From assembly GCA_021826685.1 (NCBI GenBank), contig JAKAYT010000001.1, forward strand, positions 14,789 through 78,788: 64,000 nucleotides of DNA. The letters are read 5' to 3'. The notes beneath the pieces were generated by a model. The model was given only the letters and a program-made list of their open reading frames with translations. It did no database searches and was not told the DNA's origin. Source of the stretch: Thermoplasmata archaeon. Its GTDB lineage: Archaea; Thermoplasmatota; Thermoplasmata; Lutacidiplasmatales; UBA184. The translations under genes were made by a program, and so were the position numbers. Positions 1 to 8,040 of the stretch are shown here, one piece after another (the stretch's first letter is position 1; each line of letters opens with the position of its first letter).

Positions 1-609
1 ATCCGGGTCGTCTACAATGCGGTGCGACCGCCCGACGAAGGCCCGATCGTGCGACGGGAGGGAGGCGTGGTCCTCTTCTTGGGTCGACTGACGGCCATGA
101 AAGGGCCGGATACGTTCCTCCGTGCGGCGGCCCGGATCGCCCCTCAGTTCCCCGATGTTCGATTCGCGATCGCCGGAGAGGGACCCGAATACGCGCACCT
201 CGTGCGCCTCTCCGTCCAGCTCGGGATCGGGGACCGGGTCCTCTTCTTCGGCAAGATCAGCGACGAGGAACGGAGCGCGATCCTCCGGGATGCGGCGGTC
301 TTCGTACTCCCGTCGGTGGTAGAACCGTTCGGGATCGTGGCCCTCGAGGCCATGGCCGCGGGGGTCCCGACCATCGTTTCGAAGACGAGCGGCGTCGCCG
401 AGGTGATCCGAAGTACCTTCCAGGTCGACTTCTGGGACGTCGATGAGTTCGCGAGCCGGATGGCCGAACTGCTCGAATACGCGCCCTTGCGCGAAGAGAT
501 GAGCGAGCACGCGCAACGCGAAGCGACGCAGGAAGGCTGGCCGGATCGGGCGCGCCAGACCGTCGAGGTGTATCGCGAGGCGATCCGGGAGTACCGGGAG
601 GGTCGGTGA
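1..609 (+). CDS. Glycosyltransferase family 4 (GT-B, group 1), C-terminal part; 5' end lies outside the window
   Basis: The frame is open from nt 1 (IRVVYNAV...). It has the E-x7-E motif EPFGIVALE and AMAAGVPTIVS, typical of group-1 glycosyltransferases. The stop overlaps the next start (GTGA, 606-609). Confidence 0.85.
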   Translation: MRVVYNAVRPPDEGPIVRREGGVVLFLGRLTAMKGPDTFLRAAARIAPQFPDVRFAIAGEGPEYAHLVRLSVQLGIGDRVLFFGKISDEERSAILRDAAVFVLPSVVEPFGIVALEAMAAGVPTIVSKTSGVAEVIRSTFQVDFWDVDEFASRMAELLEYAPLREEMSEHAQREATQEGWPDRARQTVEVYREAIREYREGR

Positions 610-1790
610 AGCTCGCGCTCTACCTGCACATGCATCAGCCATGGCGCCTCGCCCGGTTCCGCTACCTCGATCTGGGATCCGGAAAGCCCTACTTCGATAT
701 CCCGCGCAACCTCGACATCTTCCGCGGGATCGCGGAACGGTGCTATCGGCCGACCCTCGATCGGCTCATCGAGCTCCTCGATCGGTACCCGGACTTTCGC
801 TTCAGCCTCTCGCTCACGGGCACGTTCCTCGAGCAGGCGGAGATGGCCGCGCCCGACGTTCTCGATCGGGTTCGCACCGCCGTGAAGTCGGAGCGGGTCG
901 CGCTCGTCGCGGAAACCTACTACCACTCCCTCGCCTTCCTCCTGCCGCCGCCCGAGCTCGAGGAGGAAGTGCGCCTGCATCTGCGCAAGCTTCGGGAAGT
1001 GTTCGGCGTTCTGCCGAAGGTGATGCGGATGACCGAGCTGGTCTACTCCGATGCGATCGCCCATTTCGCCGGTCAACTCGGCTTCCAGGGGGTTCTGGCA
1101 GAAGGATGGGAGGGCGCGCTGGGCAATCGATCCCCCAACTATCTCTACGAATCGAGGACGCGGGGGGTCCGGGTGCTCCTACGTAACTATCGCTTGAGCG
1201 ATGACATTGCGTTCCGCTTCTCGAACCGGGGTTGGAACGAGTATCCGCTGACCGCGGAGAAGTACGCCCACTGGCTCTCGCAGACCCCCGGGGACGTGGT
1301 CGGTCTGTTCATGGACTTCGAAACGTTCGGTGAGCACCAGCCCGCTTCCACCGGGATCCTCGACTTCCTCTCGGCCCTTCCGCCCGAGATCGCCAAGGCG
1401 CCCCACTTCCACTGGGCGACCGTCGAGGAGGCAGTACAGGGCCCGGTCGCGGGGGGCGTGAGCGTCGAGGAACCGATGAGCTGGGCCGACGAGCGACGCG
1501 ATCTGGGCGCGTGGCTGGGCAACGACATGCAGCGCTCGGCGTTCGAAGCCGCGCGAAAGGCCGGCTCCCTCGTTCGCCTGGGCAAGGATGACGCCGTTTG
1601 GACGGACTGGCGCCGCCTGCTCACGAGCGACCATTTCTACTACATGTACGTCGAAGGGCAGGAGTCCGACGCCGACGTTCATCGCTACTTCTCGAGCTAC
1701 ACGAGCCCGTACGATGCCTACGCGAACTACATGAACGCGCTGAACGACCTGCGCCGGCGCGCGGTCCGCGATCTTTCCCCGCCGACCTAG
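606..1790 (+). CDS. Glycoside hydrolase family 57 protein (alpha-glucan-active enzyme)
   Basis: The N-terminus KLALYLHMHQPWR matches the GH57 HQP signature region. The 394-aa ORF lies between a glycosyltransferase and a GH15 enzyme. Confidence 0.8.
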   Translation: MKLALYLHMHQPWRLARFRYLDLGSGKPYFDIPRNLDIFRGIAERCYRPTLDRLIELLDRYPDFRFSLSLTGTFLEQAEMAAPDVLDRVRTAVKSERVALVAETYYHSLAFLLPPPELEEEVRLHLRKLREVFGVLPKVMRMTELVYSDAIAHFAGQLGFQGVLAEGWEGALGNRSPNYLYESRTRGVRVLLRNYRLSDDIAFRFSNRGWNEYPLTAEKYAHWLSQTPGDVVGLFMDFETFGEHQPASTGILDFLSALPPEIAKAPHFHWATVEEAVQGPVAGGVSVEEPMSWADERRDLGAWLGNDMQRSAFEAARKAGSLVRLGKDDAVWTDWRRLLTSDHFYYMYVEGQESDADVHRYFSSYTSPYDAYANYMNALNDLRRRAVRDLSPPT

Positions 1791-1992
1791 CCCCAGCGAT
1801 CGAAGGCTCGGCGCTCCCGGAGCCGCTTCCCTTCAGGGGGTGGGGTCTGCCGTCATCGAAGGAGGAGTCCTCCAAACCCCGCGGATCGGCAACCGGGTTG
1901 TGTTCCCGATCTATTAAATAGCTGAAGTTGCCCAGCCTTTCTCGTATGAACCCCAGCACGTCGGCGATAGAGAGGGCGGCCCCTCGCGAGCC

Positions 1993-2679
1993 ATGAACGC
2001 GACGGCCTCTGCCCCGGGAAATTCCTCGCCCGCGTCGACGGGCCCCGCCCAGCACCTTTCGAACGGGATGCGGACCGGATACGGCGCGTTGGGCGTCGTC
2101 GCGATCGCGTTCGCAGCCCTGCTGCTCTTTTCGGCGTTCCGGACGGGCTACTTCGCCTCGTTCGTACTGTATCTGTTCGCGGTCGTCGCCCTATTGGCCC
2201 TCGGCACTTCGGATATCGTGGCGGCGATGAGCCCCCACGAGGCCCCTTCGAGCCTGCGGACGCTTCGACTGGTCTTGGGCGTCCTCATTCTGGTGTTCGC
2301 CTTCGTCGCTCTCGTCGACATCCGCTTTGCCTTCGTGGTCATCTGGGTGTTCGTCGGGCTGGGCCTCCTCTTCCAGGGACTCTTCCTGATCGGCGGCGTC
2401 GGCGCCTCCCAGCAGATCGAGGGTAACCTGCGTGGTCTGGGAATCGCCCTCGGCGTGATCGATATCGCGCTTGCCTTCGTCGTGATCCTAATCCCGGCGC
2501 TGGCGCTCTACCTGGTGCTGTTCCTCATCGCGATCGCTCTGGTCGCGGCCTCGGTCTACCTGTTCACCATCGCCTCGACCGGCGTGAAGCGGCCCCTGCC
2601 GCGGCTTCGGGTCGACGTCCCGGGCTTTCCTCCGTCCATCGGCGGCGGCACGACCCCGCCCCCGTCGGCGAAGCCGTAG
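1993..2679 (+). CDS. Integral membrane protein (HdeD/DUF308-like by eye), function unknown
   Basis: The 228-aa ORF has about six G/A/L/V/I-rich hydrophobic segments. A TATA-like TATTAAATA lies about 70 nt upstream. Confidence 0.5.
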   Translation: MNATASAPGNSSPASTGPAQHLSNGMRTGYGALGVVAIAFAALLLFSAFRTGYFASFVLYLFAVVALLALGTSDIVAAMSPHEAPSSLRTLRLVLGVLILVFAFVALVDIRFAFVVIWVFVGLGLLFQGLFLIGGVGASQQIEGNLRGLGIALGVIDIALAFVVILIPALALYLVLFLIAIALVAASVYLFTIASTGVKRPLPRLRVDVPGFPPSIGGGTTPPPSAKP

Positions 2680-2688
2680 GCACCTGGG

Positions 2689-4608
2689 GTGGTCCGAGTT
2701 CGACCCTCGGACTTATCGGACGCGGGTCCTGGAGGGGACGTGATCACCCAGTTGGTGGGCAACGGACGCGTCCTCCTCTGCGTCAACGAGGACGGGGAGT
2801 GGGGCTCGCTGTTCTATCCGTATCCGGGGCAGTTCCAGCACCTGCGGGAGGCCCGGATCGGCATCTACGATGTCGGCGCCCGACGGTTCCAGTGGCTGCG
2901 CCGCGACGCCGGGATGTCCCTCACTCTGGGGGGGCCGAAGGACGCGGCCCGAACTCCCATCTCTCAATGGACCTCTCCCGACCTCTCCATCCGGATCCAG
3001 GACGCGGTCCACCCGAATCACGACCTGGTGACGCGGGAGATCCGGATCAAGGCGGATCCTCCTCGGGCGCTGCGCCTATTCAGTTACCACTCGTTGGATA
3101 TCGCGGAGTCGATGTACCAAGACACGGCCTACGTCGAGGCGGACATGTCCGCTCTCACGCACTACAAGCGCGGGTACTTCTTCGAGATCTTCGGCGACCC
3201 GACGTTCACCAAGGCGGTGTGCGGCGAACACACGCTCAAGGGCCTGCGCGGCACCTACGTCGACGCCGAGGACGGCCGGCTCGAAGGGCGTCAGATCGCC
3301 CACGGAGCGGCCGATAGCGTCGCGGAGTGGGACATCTCGCAAGATGCCTCCTCGGACGTCACGCTTCGCCTGTTCCTCGCGATGGGCCAGGGTCTCCAAG
3401 CGGTCCACGACCTTCGGTCCTATGTTGTTCAGGGGGGCCCCATCCGCTTCCAGAGGGAGAGCGAACAGTTCTGGTCCACCTGGACGCGGCGACGCCTACC
3501 CAAGAGCCCGCAAGGCCTCAGCCCGCGCGTCGCCGAGGTGTACGAGACCAGCGTGCTCGTCTTGCGGCACAGCACCGCTCGCAACGGTTCGGTCATCGCC
3601 TCGCCGGACACCCGCTCGCTGGTCATCGGCGGAGATGCCTACAACTTCTGTTGGTGGCGCGATGGAGGCTACGTGGCCAAGGCGATGGACGAGGCCGGCC
3701 TGTACGAGTACGCCGACCGGTTCCTCAAGTTCGCGAGCGAGTGCCAGAACTCGGACGGATCCTTCTTCCACCGGCACTGCCCCGACGGCGCCATCGGGAG
3801 TACCTGGCATCCTCCTCCGTTCCTCCAGATCGACCAGACGGCCACGGTCGTCGCGGCGGCCTGGCACCATTTCAAGCGGGGGGGAGACCCGGATCTCCTG
3901 GTCGACCTCTGGCCGATGGTCAAGGGCGCCGCCAATTTCCTCCGCGACTTCCGAGATCCCACGACGGGACTTCCCGCGCCGAGCTTCGACCTCTGGGAGG
4001 AGGTGAAGGGCATCCACACCTACTCGACGGCCGCGGTGCAGCATGCGTTGGAGCGAGCGGCGCGCATCGCCGAGGAGATCGGGAAGAGCCCGACCGAGTG
4101 GCGGAAGGCGAGCGAAGAGATCCGCGAGGCGGCGATCTCCGATCTTTGGAACCCCGGCCACCAGCGGTTTGTCCGGACCCTGGAACCGCGGGACGATCGC
4201 CTGGATGCCTCCGTCCTTCTCGCTCTCAAGCTCGGGCTCCTTCCATGGAGTGACCCTCGGGCCCGGCTCGTGGTCGATGCCATCGAGCAGCGCCTGTCGG
4301 TGCCGGGGCTCGGGGGCCTGGCCCGGTACGAGGGAGACCAGTACTACGGGGAAGAGAACCCTTGGATCATCTGCACCCTCTGGCTGGCGGAAGCGCGCCT
4401 GAGCCTGGGCGAGACCGATCGTTGCCGCCAGTTGATCGAATGGGTCGCGCAGCACGCGACGCCGACCGGCCTCCTCCCCGAGCAGATCGACCGGACGTCG
4501 AACGCGCCGGTCAGCGCGACCCCCCTCACCTGGTCGCACTCGACGTTCGTCGACGTCATCCACAAGTACGAAGAGGTCACCGAGCGGGGCTCGGTTTCCG
4601 AGGAGTGA
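2689..4608 (+). CDS. Glycoside hydrolase family 15 (glucoamylase/glucodextranase-like)
   Basis: The 639-aa ORF carries FCWWRDGGY, FDLWEEVKG and TPLTWSHS, which resemble GH15 catalytic-domain motifs. The start is uncertain (GTG 2689 or further downstream). Confidence 0.85.
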   Translation: MVRVRPSDLSDAGPGGDVITQLVGNGRVLLCVNEDGEWGSLFYPYPGQFQHLREARIGIYDVGARRFQWLRRDAGMSLTLGGPKDAARTPISQWTSPDLSIRIQDAVHPNHDLVTREIRIKADPPRALRLFSYHSLDIAESMYQDTAYVEADMSALTHYKRGYFFEIFGDPTFTKAVCGEHTLKGLRGTYVDAEDGRLEGRQIAHGAADSVAEWDISQDASSDVTLRLFLAMGQGLQAVHDLRSYVVQGGPIRFQRESEQFWSTWTRRRLPKSPQGLSPRVAEVYETSVLVLRHSTARNGSVIASPDTRSLVIGGDAYNFCWWRDGGYVAKAMDEAGLYEYADRFLKFASECQNSDGSFFHRHCPDGAIGSTWHPPPFLQIDQTATVVAAAWHHFKRGGDPDLLVDLWPMVKGAANFLRDFRDPTTGLPAPSFDLWEEVKGIHTYSTAAVQHALERAARIAEEIGKSPTEWRKASEEIREAAISDLWNPGHQRFVRTLEPRDDRLDASVLLALKLGLLPWSDPRARLVVDAIEQRLSVPGLGGLARYEGDQYYGEENPWIICTLWLAEARLSLGETDRCRQLIEWVAQHATPTGLLPEQIDRTSNAPVSATPLTWSHSTFVDVIHKYEEVTERGSVSEE

Positions 4609-4621
4609 ACGACTGACCGCG

Positions 4622-4641
4622 GTCGGGGCGCGACCCCCGAC
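4622..4641. terminator. GC-rich hairpin between convergent genes (GTCGGGG-CGCGAC-CCCCGAC)
   Basis: A 7-bp perfect stem sits in the 38-bp spacer between the GH15 stop and the ABC ATPase stop. There is no T-run. Confidence 0.25.
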
Positions 4642-4646
4642 TCGGC

Positions 4647-5591
4647 TCAGTCTTCGGCGAGGTGGTTGGCCCCGGCGACCCCGCCTCCGATCAGTTGGAG
4701 GTAGGCATCCTCCAGGACCAAGGTCGCGCTCGCATAGGATAGAACCGGACCGACCGCGACGCAGCGCTTCAGGATCTCCGGACGGGCGTCGGAGTGGCCG
4801 CTGTAGTCGATCCGCAGCTTGGTCGGAGAAAGGGCGACGACCGACCGCACGAGCTCCGCGATCGATCCGAGCTGGTCGGGGTGGATCGGCACCGCGAACT
4901 CGACGTCGACCTGGGTGTCGACCGCACGTTTCGCGATGTTCTGGACGGTCTCGTTGAGAAGAATCTTGCCGTGGTTGATGAAGATCGCTCGGTCGCAGAC
5001 TTCGGTGACCTCGCTCAGCAGATGCGAACTCATCAGGATCAGATGTTCGCGCTTGAGCTGGACGAGGATGTTCCGGACCGCGATCCGTTCGGCGGGATCC
5101 AGTCCGCTCGTCGGTTCGTCCAGGATGATCACGCTTGGGTCGCTGAGAAGGGACGATGCGATCACGACCCGCTGGCGCTGGCCCTTGGAGAGCGCCCCGG
5201 TCTTCTTGTCCAGCGGTGGAAGGTCGAGCTCGCTGGCGAGCTCCTTGATCTTGGCGCGCGCCTCGCGCATCGGGACCCCTCGGAACGCGGCGACCATCTC
5301 GAGCGTGCGCTGTCCGGTTTGCCACGGGTACGGCTCCGGTGACTCGATCACAGTACCGACGTCCCACAGGGCCCGCTTGGGGTCCCGGCCGATGTCCACT
5401 CCGTTCAGGAGTCCGCGGCCCGCGGTCGGCCGGGCGAGTCCCGTCAGGAGCTTGAGGGTGGTCGTCTTCCCCGCGCCGTTCGGTCCAAGGTAGCCGATAG
5501 CGCCCGATCCCTCGAACTTGAACGAGGCGTCGTCCAGAGCTATGAAGCCGCCGTAGCGCTTGGTCAACCCCCGCGCTTCGATGCTCGGCAT
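4647..5591 (-). CDS. ABC transporter ATP-binding protein
   Basis: Walker A GPNGAGKTT, signature LSKGQRQR and Walker B IILDEPTSGLD are present. Confidence 0.95.
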   Translation of the reverse strand: MPSIEARGLTKRYGGFIALDDASFKFEGSGAIGYLGPNGAGKTTTLKLLTGLARPTAGRGLLNGVDIGRDPKRALWDVGTVIESPEPYPWQTGQRTLEMVAAFRGVPMREARAKIKELASELDLPPLDKKTGALSKGQRQRVVIASSLLSDPSVIILDEPTSGLDPAERIAVRNILVQLKREHLILMSSHLLSEVTEVCDRAIFINHGKILLNETVQNIAKRAVDTQVDVEFAVPIHPDQLGSIAELVRSVVALSPTKLRIDYSGHSDARPEILKRCVAVGPVLSYASATLVLEDAYLQLIGGGVAGANHLAED

Positions 5592-5600
5592 GGAACCTCC

Positions 5601-6395
5601 CTACGTCTCCTCCCGCTGGTAAAGGACGTACGCGACGGCAGCGAATCCGACCGCGTACACCGCGGAGATTGCGGTGGCCTGCCAGACCGGCGGCGTGGTT
5701 CCGGAGATGCCCTGCGTGACCATCCCGGAGATGGCGTCCGCGGCATAGAGGATCGAGAACCAGAGCGAGCTCGTGCCCGCGAAGGCCGTCACGACGCCAT
5801 CGATGATCGACAGTCCTACCAAGAGGACGATGATTGTGATGACGAGGCCGATTGCGGGACTTCGTGAGAGCGAGCTAAGGGAGAACGCGAACGATAGCAC
5901 GCCGGCGGTCAGGAGGAGGGCGAGGAGGAACGAAAGCCCGAAACTCTCCCACGGGACAGCCCCGAACGAGAAGAATCCGATGCCGCCGACCATCGCGATC
6001 AGGTAGTAGACGGCCACGATACCGGAGCTGACCAGGAAAGCCGCCACGTACCGCCCCGACAAGAGCACGGAACGCTTCACCGGCTGCGCGAGGATGTAGT
6101 AGCCGGTCTTCGTGCCGAAATCGGTGGAGATCGCGTCGCCCCCAAAGAACGCACCGACCACGATCGCCAGGAAAGCGACAAAGCCGAGGATCGCACCAAT
6201 GTAGTCGGTAGCGGATAGGAAGTGGTGCGCGACGAAGCCCGCACCGCGCGCGGCGAGGTAGAGCGATATTCCGCCCCCGATCGCGAGGACGAGGCCCAAC
6301 ATCGCCCAGAACCGGTAGGTACTGAGGTAGCTACGCACCTGGGTCGTGAGCGCGACCTCGAACTGCTCCGTATCCGATACCGGGGAGTGGGTCAT
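5601..6395 (-). CDS. ABC-2 type transporter permease
   Basis: The 264-aa polytopic membrane ORF lies immediately upstream of the ATPase. A TATA-like TTTTATGC lies about 26 nt upstream of the ATG, so the mRNA is probably leaderless. Confidence 0.75.
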   Translation of the reverse strand: MTHSPVSDTEQFEVALTTQVRSYLSTYRFWAMLGLVLAIGGGISLYLAARGAGFVAHHFLSATDYIGAILGFVAFLAIVVGAFFGGDAISTDFGTKTGYYILAQPVKRSVLLSGRYVAAFLVSSGIVAVYYLIAMVGGIGFFSFGAVPWESFGLSFLLALLLTAGVLSFAFSLSSLSRSPAIGLVITIIVLLVGLSIIDGVVTAFAGTSSLWFSILYAADAISGMVTQGISGTTPPVWQATAISAVYAVGFAAVAYVLYQREET

Positions 6396-6664
6396 GACGC
6401 GTATCGATTTCTATAGAGCATAAAAGGCTGAGCCCGGGAAGCACGTTCCGCGGCTCTTCGCTAACCTAGAGTCGCGCGACCTCCGCGAGAGGAGGGCCCG
6501 AACCCTACCGTTTGCGGAGGAAGACGAGCGCGTACCGCGCCCGACTACGCTCCGCACGAGAGAATCCTGGGCTTCGCCCCCGCGAAGCTTCCTGAGGTAA
6601 GGGAGGAACGGAGGCCCTGGGGGTCGGGAATCTCCCGGTCCCACGAGTCGAACGGAACGAATAT

Positions 6665-6680
6665 ATCCACATATGTGGAT
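6665..6680. promoter_or_regulatory. Perfect 16-bp palindrome ATCCACATATGTGGAT between the TATA-like AATATAT (6660-6666) and the vapB ATG (6689); candidate operator
   Basis: The palindrome was read directly from the sequence. It overlaps the expected transcription start of a leaderless vapBC mRNA. Confidence 0.6.
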
Positions 6681-6688
6681 GTATATGC

Positions 6689-6901
6689 ATGCCTTCTCAG
6701 AACATCGCCGTGCAACGTGCAATCTACGACGCCCTGAAGAAAGAGAAGCGCCCCGATGAGAGCTTCACCCGACTGCTCGATCGACTCCTCCACGAGCGAG
6801 GAACCCTCTCGGACATCGCCGGCGCATGGGGCGAAAAGGGGCTTTCCGCAGACCGGCGCGCACTGATGTCCCTTCAAGGGGGCCGGGGCCGCCGACCGTG
6901 A
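6689..6901 (+). CDS. vapB: VapB-type antitoxin (small archaeal antitoxin family)
   Basis: The 70-aa ORF reads IAVQRAIYDALKKEKRPDESFTRLLDRLL, which matches the short archaeal VapB pattern. Its stop overlaps the GTG of the downstream PIN gene (GTGA). Confidence 0.75.
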   Translation: MPSQNIAVQRAIYDALKKEKRPDESFTRLLDRLLHERGTLSDIAGAWGEKGLSADRRALMSLQGGRGRRP

Positions 6902-7290
6902 AGGGTCTAGATACCTCTGCCCTCCTCGGACTCTTGCACGGGGATCCTACCGTTCGTAAGGTCCTGCGTAGCTGGTCGGGGGAAGAGATCGTGACCTCTG
7001 AGCTATGCCTGGCCGAGCTGACCGCGATCGCTCTACGCCAGCCTCCCAAGGTCCGGGCCCACCGTCTCCAGGTCCTCGAACGGCTCCGCCGGAGGATCAG
7101 CGTCCTTCCCGTAGACCCTCGGGCCACGACGGCCTTAGCCACGCGCTCGGGTCTCTCCCCGAACGAGGGAGGACTTCTGGGATCCATCGTCCTCGCAGCC
7201 CTCGAGACCGCGGGCTGCGACGAGGTACTGACCGGACCGGCGGCTCCTCCCGCGAGGTCGTGGGGAAAGCTCAAGGTCCGAAAGTCGTGA
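6898..7290 (+). CDS. vapC: PIN-domain ribonuclease toxin VapC
   Basis: A GTG start gives VKGLDTSALLGLL, the typical PIN N-terminus with the first catalytic Asp. It is about 130 aa and translationally coupled to vapB. Confidence 0.8.
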   Translation: MKGLDTSALLGLLHGDPTVRKVLRSWSGEEIVTSELCLAELTAIALRQPPKVRAHRLQVLERLRRRISVLPVDPRATTALATRSGLSPNEGGLLGSIVLAALETAGCDEVLTGPAAPPARSWGKLKVRKS

Positions 7291-7343
7291 AATGCCTTTA
7301 CTAAGGAATGTAACACACGGTTCTTACTTCTCTTTAACATCAC

Positions 7344-7455
7344 CAAATAGGAACAAAGGAGTAGGCGGCTGACGGAGATCGATTTTCAGGGCCGTACGGA
7401 GGTTTTTCGGTCCGACCTGAGCGCTGGGTCCCTCTGGACCGAAACAGTCGTTTTT
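7344..7455 (+). ncRNA. Candidate small RNA transcription unit
   Basis: A TATA-like CAAATAGG (7344-7351) matches the AAATAGG boxes seen 24-28 nt upstream of several genes here. The predicted start is near 7372-7376. A 9-bp hairpin TTTCGGTCC/GGACCGAAA (7405-7413/7436-7444) is followed by T5 at 7451-7455. No ORF is present. Confidence 0.3.
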
Positions 7456-7477
7456 CCCATTAACCGCTATCCGGAAT

Positions 7478-7509
7478 GTGTTGTAACGTATATACGATAA
7501 CTACAACAC
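7478..7509. repeat. Nested inverted repeat GTGTTGTA-a-CGTATATACG-ataac-TACAACAC
   Basis: 8-bp perfect outer arms (7478-7485/7502-7509) enclose a 10-bp perfect palindrome (7487-7496). Confidence 0.7.
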
Positions 7510-7555
7510 GTGATTAGCGTAATGGACGAGGGCCTCGCTGGCGGGCCCGCGCCCA

Positions 7556-7628
7556 CCTCTCTGACGGAGAGGCGTATAACTCCAGTTATACGACCCTCAA
7601 ATGACGGTTCCACCGACCGTTATACGAC
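7556..7628. repeat. Two abutting perfect hairpins plus a direct repeat of GTTATACGAC
   Basis: The hairpins are CCTCTC-TGACG-GAGAGG (7556-7572) and CGTATAAC-TCCA-GTTATACG (7573-7592). GTTATACGAC occurs at 7585-7594 and again at 7619-7628. A further hairpin, ACGGT-TCCACCG-ACCGT, lies at about 7603-7619. Confidence 0.65.
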
Positions 7629-7826
7629 TCGAGAGGGATCGCAGGGACCTGGGTTCCCAACGACCCCGCCCGGCGCGGCCAGGAACAGGGCCCCGACCCA
7701 AGGCGTCCGGGGCCAGGTGCCTGGGGCAAATTTCCGAAATCGATAGATCCGGCGGATCCACCGCTGCTCGTCCTCGATAAGCTCACAGCTCTAATCCACC
7801 GCATCAACCGATTTAGGTGACATAGA

Positions 7827-7841
7827 CACGTAAGATACGTG
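7827..7841. repeat. Inverted repeat CACGTA-AGA-TACGTG in an AT-rich patch
   Basis: 6-bp perfect arms were read directly from the sequence. The repeat shares the ACGTA/TACG core with the palindromes at 7487 and 7573. Confidence 0.5.
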
Positions 7842-8012
7842 ACTCACACGTTTACGAAATGGCATACCGCCACAGCCCCCGGCCGTGAGCGCTAGCGCCC
7901 CTGCCATGCGCCAAGCCGACGCCCTCGGCCCGTTCCCGACTTTCCCTCGGGCCGTGCCAGTCCTTCCCGGGCGGGGCGTGGAGCCAAAGATCGTATCGGG
8001 CCCACCCCGCTG

Positions 8013-8040
8013 ATACACATATACATATGAATATGTGGAT
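8013..8040. repeat. Split, near-perfect copy of the vapB-operator arms (ATACACAT - 12 nt A/T-rich spacer - ATGTGGAT)
   Basis: ATATGTGGAT (8031-8040) is identical to 6671-6680. The left arm matches 7 of 8 positions. The site lies 8 nt beyond the stop of the MFS gene. Confidence 0.5.

Noticed and set aside
3496-5367. 623-aa minus-strand ORF spanning the GH15 and ABC ATPase genes
   Set aside because: It is an Arg/Gly/Pro-rich, low-complexity translation lying antisense or out of frame to two genes with clear family motifs. Long stop-free shadow ORFs like this are typical of GC-rich DNA.
6396-6688. 293-bp spacer with many GC hairpins (for example GCTTCGC-CCCC-GCGAAGC near 6571-6590) and a GGGTTCGGGCCC string on the minus strand; considered as a tRNA or sRNA
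   Set aside because: No cloverleaf can be built. Short GC stems are expected by chance at this composition. The spacer is left as divergent promoter DNA, and cmscan would settle the question.
7585-7628. GTTATACGAC repeated at 34-nt spacing, considered as a type III toxin-antitoxin RNA repeat array
   Set aside because: Only the 10-nt core is repeated and the intervening sequences are unrelated. It is not a tandem array.
7935-7948. On the minus strand, GAGGGAAAGTCGGG resembles the RNase P RNA CR-I/P4 motif (GAGGAAAGUCCGGG)
   Set aside because: I could not find a matching 3' P4 strand (ACAGAA..CCGGCUUA-like) or the GGGUGAAA-type conserved regions nearby. The similarity is imperfect. cmscan should still be run.
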